IMG/VR virus record: IMGVR_UViG_3300025022_000012
Span: 1 to 27,541 of that record
Reading direction: 5' to 3' (one strand)
From: a virus
Lineage: Duplodnaviria > Caudoviricetes
Length of the DNA stretch: 27,541 nucleotides
In this document: piece by piece, positions 25,837-27,541 of the stretch
Position numbering within the stretch: the stretch's first letter is position 1
Layout of the letters: each line of letters opens with the position of its first letter
The notes under the pieces: model-generated
What the model was told of the DNA's origin: nothing
What the model saw: the letters and a program-made list of their open reading frames with translations, nothing else
Database searches by the model: none
Program-made: the position numbers and the translations under genes

Positions 25837-26214
25837 ATGACAGAGTTTTTGCAGAAACATGAAACGGTTGTAATCGCGCAGACAGCCACAACGTCAGCCT
25901 CGTTTTCGCCACCCCCGTGGGCCACATTCATAGGGGCATATTTCCCTGATATGGACGCTGGCGCGGTCGATCTTGAAATGAGCATCGACGGGGGGACAAT
26001 CTGGGTTGACGTTATCGACCCGGCAGACGGGGCGAAGGTTGTTGTCCTGGCATCCGCAAGCGATCCCGGGGGGGTTGATATATCGGACTTTATAAGACCG
26101 TTTGTGGGTGTATTTGCCGGGGGGGCCCAAGCCGGATCTGTTCTATTCAGATTTGTATCCGCCACAGCCCAGACCACGGCGGCAATAACCATCCATCTGT
26201 ATTACAGGGGATAG
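25837..26214 (+). CDS. Putative small beta-sandwich virion protein (125 aa)
   Basis: AAGGAG SD; LEMSIDGGTIW and RFVSATAQTTAAITI motifs resemble small phage jelly-roll proteins. Confidence 0.7.
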   Translation: MTEFLQKHETVVIAQTATTSASFSPPPWATFIGAYFPDMDAGAVDLEMSIDGGTIWVDVIDPADGAKVVVLASASDPGGVDISDFIRPFVGVFAGGAQAGSVLFRFVSATAQTTAAITIHLYYRG

Positions 26215-26268
26215 CGCAGTTCATTCCATTGTTACAGCGGAAGCACCTGCCCGAAAGGAATGAAGAAA

Positions 26269-26526
26269 ATGGCGAACGGTGAATACGAAATCGACGAGGA
26301 TACATTCAAGCGCATGCCGGTCAATGATCAAAACTGGATCATGTATAGGACGTTTAACGCTCATCGCATAGCCTGCAATCTCCGGCTATGTCAAATCGAG
26401 AGCAGGTCGGAAAAGTTGGAAAAACGACGGTATTGGAACACAACAGTAGGAGCCGGATCGGGGATTGTGGGCGGTGCCCTGGCCTACATCGCTGGACGGT
26501 TTACCGGGATGTTCGGGGGTAACTGA
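26269..26526 (+). CDS. Holin-like membrane protein (coiled coil plus C-terminal hydrophobic segment)
   Basis: TTVGAGSGIVGGALAYIAG hydrophobic tail; directly upstream of the transglycosylase. AAGGA SD spacing favours ATG 26269; alternative start at 26260. Confidence 0.55.
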   Translation: MANGEYEIDEDTFKRMPVNDQNWIMYRTFNAHRIACNLRLCQIESRSEKLEKRRYWNTTVGAGSGIVGGALAYIAGRFTGMFGGN

Positions 26527-26888
26527 TGGACCTTACCGGCAAACAGCAGGAAACAAAAAACAAGATCATCCAGTTTTCAACTCTGCTCGGCGTTGATCCG
26601 GCCTGGACAGTCGCGGTCGCCAAGGTTGAGAGCACCCTGGGCCTGACCCAAAAATCACCGACGGGCGCGCGAGGCGTTTTCCAGATGACCGGCATCGCCA
26701 TGAAGGACCTGCTGCAGGAGATGGAAAAACATGACGACGACCTGGTTGATATTTGTTGCGGCATCCTGTTTTTGCGCCTATTGTTGCGTCGCCACGGGTC
26801 AATCGAGGCGGCGACGGCTAAATATTGCGACCCGAACGATCGACATTTTTACGTTCCAAAGGTCTTAAAACTGATGGGAGGTGGATAA
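26526..26888 (+). CDS. SLT-family lytic transglycosylase, probable endolysin
   Basis: AVAKVES (catalytic Glu), SPTGARGVFQM, and G..FL..L...HG....A.A.Y...YVPKV motifs. Confidence 0.88.
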   Translation: MDLTGKQQETKNKIIQFSTLLGVDPAWTVAVAKVESTLGLTQKSPTGARGVFQMTGIAMKDLLQEMEKHDDDLVDICCGILFLRLLLRRHGSIEAATAKYCDPNDRHFYVPKVLKLMGGG

Positions 26889-26889
26889 G

Positions 26890-27135
26890 ATGAGCAAACT
26901 TGAAATGTTTTTTATGGGGTTGTCAATCTTCAGCTCGGGTGTAGCAGCAATCCTTTTCAGGAATATGCTGAAGCTGGCAAAGATGATTGCGAGCATGACA
27001 AAAACCGAAAAAGACGATGCGCTGGTTGAATGGGCTTTTAACTTTGACAACGAGATGAGAAACGCGGTCAAGGACCTTCAGGTTAAGCATGATAAAAACA
27101 GGCTCAAAATCCAAGACATTAAAGATAACGGTTAA
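26890..27135 (+). CDS. Membrane-anchored lysis-cassette protein (N-terminal TM plus helical tail)
   Basis: GGAGGT SD 7 nt before ATG 26890; MFFMGLSIFSSGVAAILF hydrophobic segment. Confidence 0.65.
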   Translation: MSKLEMFFMGLSIFSSGVAAILFRNMLKLAKMIASMTKTEKDDALVEWAFNFDNEMRNAVKDLQVKHDKNRLKIQDIKDNG

Positions 27136-27223
27136 TCCGACTGCAATCATTCGTTCGGCTAAACGGTTTAGTCGGTGGATGTTTAAACGTAGGCTCAAAA
27201 AGGTGAAGGAGTATAAAAGATGA
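27089..27223 (+). CDS. Small highly cationic peptide not in the track (44 aa, MIKTGSKSKTLKITVNPTAIIRSAKRFSRWMFKRRLKKVKEYKR)
   Basis: Open frame from ATG 27089 to TGA 27221-27223 with ATGA coupling to the next gene; fills the gap; SD is weak. Confidence 0.5.
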   Translation: MIKTGSKSKTLKITVNPTAIIRSAKRFSRWMFKRRLKKVKEYKR

Positions 27224-27468
27224 AATATTTTCAGATTTTTATCAAGCTGGTTCCGTATTTGTTTCCATTAATTTCAAATGCTGAATCGTGGTTTTCAGAC
27301 ACACCCAAAAGCGGGGCCGACAAAAAGGCAATGGTAATGGAAACTGCCGGGGCTATCGTTGACGGGATTATGGCAACGGTAACGGGCGGAGCATCTGATA
27401 CGTGGGTTAAGATTCGTCCACTGGTTGAAAAGACGGTTGACGTGATCTGCGGGTTGATTTTTAAATAA
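27220..27468 (+). CDS. Small phage protein, holin-like (AE....KSGADKK motif)
   Basis: AAGGAG SD; hydrophobic N-terminus; the AE...G.DKK..V pattern recalls LL-H-type holin-like proteins. Confidence 0.6.
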   Translation: MKYFQIFIKLVPYLFPLISNAESWFSDTPKSGADKKAMVMETAGAIVDGIMATVTGGASDTWVKIRPLVEKTVDVICGLIFK

Positions 27469-27541
27469 TGTAGGGAAGTCGGGCATGGGGAAACCTTCAC
27501 GCCGGGATGACCAGACAAACAGGCCATGGATGATAGACCGG

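Larger units (their letters stand above)
1..27541 (+). mobile_element. Phage/prophage late region (packaging, head, short tail, ejection proteins, tail spike, lysis); podovirus-like
   Basis: Co-oriented, tightly coupled genes in canonical order terS-terL-portal-scaffold-capsid-adaptor-tail-internal proteins-spike-lysis. No tape measure or sheath recognised. Ends and att sites are not in the window. Confidence 0.95.

Noticed and set aside
1-27541. Complete DGR cassette (RT, Avd, template repeat)
   Set aside because: No reverse transcriptase motifs and no second non-coding copy of the repeat unit were seen in the window, so the DGR link remains a hypothesis.
27485-27541. Possible gene start at the window end
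   Set aside because: Only 19 codons are visible and the SD is unconvincing.

Overview
The whole window is the late (morphogenesis and lysis) region of a tailed dsDNA phage or prophage, probably podovirus-like, with all real genes on the + strand. Gene order: Xis/AlpA-like HTH protein, an 11-bp-phased repeat array with a sigma70-like promoter, small and large terminase, P22-like portal, scaffold, DUF4043/N4-gp56-type major capsid protein, head and adaptor genes, a 1.5-kaa modular tail (nozzle-like) protein, three probable ejection proteins (one with a CFI-box-CTERM-like domain, one polyvalent with GNAT- and ART-like modules), an AT-rich tail-spike module, and a lysis cassette with an SLT-type transglycosylase. 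I recognised no tape measure, sheath, integrase, reverse transcriptase, tRNA or CRISPR array. The most unusual signals are: (1) a 69/72-bp tandem array in the tail spike whose copies differ only non-synonymously, mostly in an AAY-codon (DGR-like) pattern; (2) a Sec-type signal peptide on the large tail protein; (3) prepilin-leader-like NERG/DESG motifs in the scaffold and the largest internal protein; (4) a branched RNA/terminator element between portal and scaffold; (5) a helically phased repeat array directly upstream of an apparently leaderless terS promoter. All family assignments come from motif recognition by eye; no searches were run.
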